Virus genome (UHGV): UHGV-0071814
Strand: one strand, 5' to 3'
From: a virus
Length of the DNA stretch: 36,915 bases
The notes under the pieces were generated by a model, which worked only from the letters and a program-made list of their open reading frames with translations, did not search any database and was not told where the DNA came from. Below, in pieces: positions 35,811 to 36,915 of the stretch. Each line of letters opens with the position of its first letter. Positions within the stretch are counted from its first letter, which is position 1. Made by a program: the position numbers and the translations under genes.

Positions 35811-36847
35811 AAGCAGAAGCGTGGAGAGTAAAAAATCTCGGGGAATCACCGAAAAAGCTATTCAAGGAAGCCTGCATACGGTGGCTGCGTGAGAAATCGG
35901 ATAAGAAGTCCATTGATGATGACAAGAGCATTATATCGTTCTGGATGTTGCACTTCAGAGAAACCATTCTCTCAGACATAACAACAGAAAAAATAATGGA
36001 GGCGGTAGACGGGATGGAAAACCGCCGCCATCGCCTGAACTGGGAAATGAGCCGGGACAGGTGTTTGCGGCTTGGCAAGCCAGTGCCGGGGGATAAACCA
36101 ACGTTGGAAAGCAAAGGAACGAAGACGCGGCATCTGGCAATACTTCGCGCTATTCTCAATATGGCTGTTGAATGGGGATGGCTTGACAGGGCGCCCAAAA
36201 TATCAACACCACGCGTTAAGAATGGACGAATCAGATGGCTTACAGAGGAGGAATCGAAGCGCCTGTTTGCAGAAATTGCTCCTCATTTCTTCCCTGTGGT
36301 CATGTTTGCAATCACGACAGGCCTTCGCCGTTCCAACGTTACAGACCTTGAGTGGTCACAGGTCGATCTGGATAAGAAAATGGCATGGATGCACCCTGAT
36401 GAAACAAAAGCTGGCAATGCGATCGGAGTTCCTCTTAACGAAACCGCATGCCAGATATTAAGAAAACAGCAGGGTCTCCATAAGAGATGGGTGTTTGTCC
36501 ACACCAAACCTGCCTACCGAAGCGACGGAACAAAAACAGCAGCGGTAAGGAAGATGAGAACCGACAGCAACAAGGCATGGAAGGGAGCGTTAAAGCGGGC
36601 AGGCATTAGCAACTTCCGCTTCCATGACCTGAGGCATACCTGGGCAAGCTGGCTGATTCAGTCCGGTGTCTCTCTTCTTGCACTTAAAGAGATGGGAGGA
36701 TGGGAAACTCTCGAAATGGTTCAAAGATACGCCCACCTTTCAGCCGGGCATCTCACCGAGCACGCGAGCAAAATCGATGCGATTATAAGTCGCAATGACA
36801 CAAATACGGCACAAGAGGAGAACGTAGTTTACTTAAATGTGAGATAA
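35687..36847 (+). CDS. int: Tyrosine-type site-specific integrase
   Basis: 386 aa; catalytic motifs ...FRFHDLRHTWAS... and ...VQRYAHL...; AGGAGG RBS; adjacent to tRNA. Confidence 0.9.
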   Translation: MSIKLRGGTWHCDFVAPDGSRVRRSLETSDKRQAQELHDRLKAEAWRVKNLGESPKKLFKEACIRWLREKSDKKSIDDDKSIISFWMLHFRETILSDITTEKIMEAVDGMENRRHRLNWEMSRDRCLRLGKPVPGDKPTLESKGTKTRHLAILRAILNMAVEWGWLDRAPKISTPRVKNGRIRWLTEEESKRLFAEIAPHFFPVVMFAITTGLRRSNVTDLEWSQVDLDKKMAWMHPDETKAGNAIGVPLNETACQILRKQQGLHKRWVFVHTKPAYRSDGTKTAAVRKMRTDSNKAWKGALKRAGISNFRFHDLRHTWASWLIQSGVSLLALKEMGGWETLEMVQRYAHLSAGHLTEHASKIDAIISRNDTNTAQEENVVYLNVR

Positions 36848-36861
36848 CTTATTGATTTTAA

Positions 36862-36915
36862 TGGTGCCGATAATAGGAGTCGAACCTACGACCTTCGCAT
36901 TACGAATGCGCTGCT
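36862..36915 (-). tRNA. thrW: tRNA-Thr (anticodon CGU), 3' portion only; prophage attachment site
   Basis: Minus strand ...AGCGCATTCGTAATGCGAAGGTCGTAGGTTCGACTCCTATTATCGGCACCA; anticodon loop and T arm through CCA match E. coli thrW as recalled; truncated by window end. Confidence 0.8.

Larger units (their letters stand above)
1..36861. mobile_element. Lambdoid (P22/Sf6-like virion, lambda-like lysis and Q) prophage, partial; right end at the att site in tRNA-Thr, left end beyond the window start
   Basis: Contiguous phage gene order from tailspike to integrase; integrase abuts the tRNA 3' end. Confidence 0.85.

Noticed and set aside
35797-36198. 133-aa minus-strand ORF
   Set aside because: Antisense to the integrase gene, which has clear catalytic motifs.

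Overview
The whole window is one lambdoid prophage of an enterobacterial host, read here in reverse (late genes on the minus strand), ending at an integrase next to the 3' part of a tRNA-Thr(CGU) gene (thrW-type att site) at 36862-36915. It is a mosaic: a P22/Sf6-like virion module (tailspike N-terminus, ejection proteins, tail needle, gp10, gp4, coat, scaffold, portal, TerL, Sf6-type TerS), a lambda-like lysis cassette (S, R, Rz/Rz1) and Q/PR'/tR' region, a lambda-like nin region (ninB, Dam-type methylase, ninE, rusA, ninH), a P22-type replication module (O-like initiator with internal iterons plus DnaB-type helicase), an immunity region (cII, cro, cI with N and nutL/nutR), and a leftward early operon (SSAP, SSB, Ead/Ea22-like and DUF proteins, xis, int). 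Accessory cargo sits in the classic hotspots: an orphan mnt with a lipoprotein, an HExxH protein and a YjzC-like protein between the ejection genes and the tailspike; a T5orf172 (GIY-YIG-like) AT-rich moron between Rz and the terminase; two paralogous HNH-AP2 endonucleases, one apparently inserted in the PR' leader; two tRNAs after tR'; a small membrane protein directly after cI; and an AT-rich moron after N. All identifications rest on reading the translations and on recalled similarity to lambda, P22 and Sf6 proteins; no searches were run.
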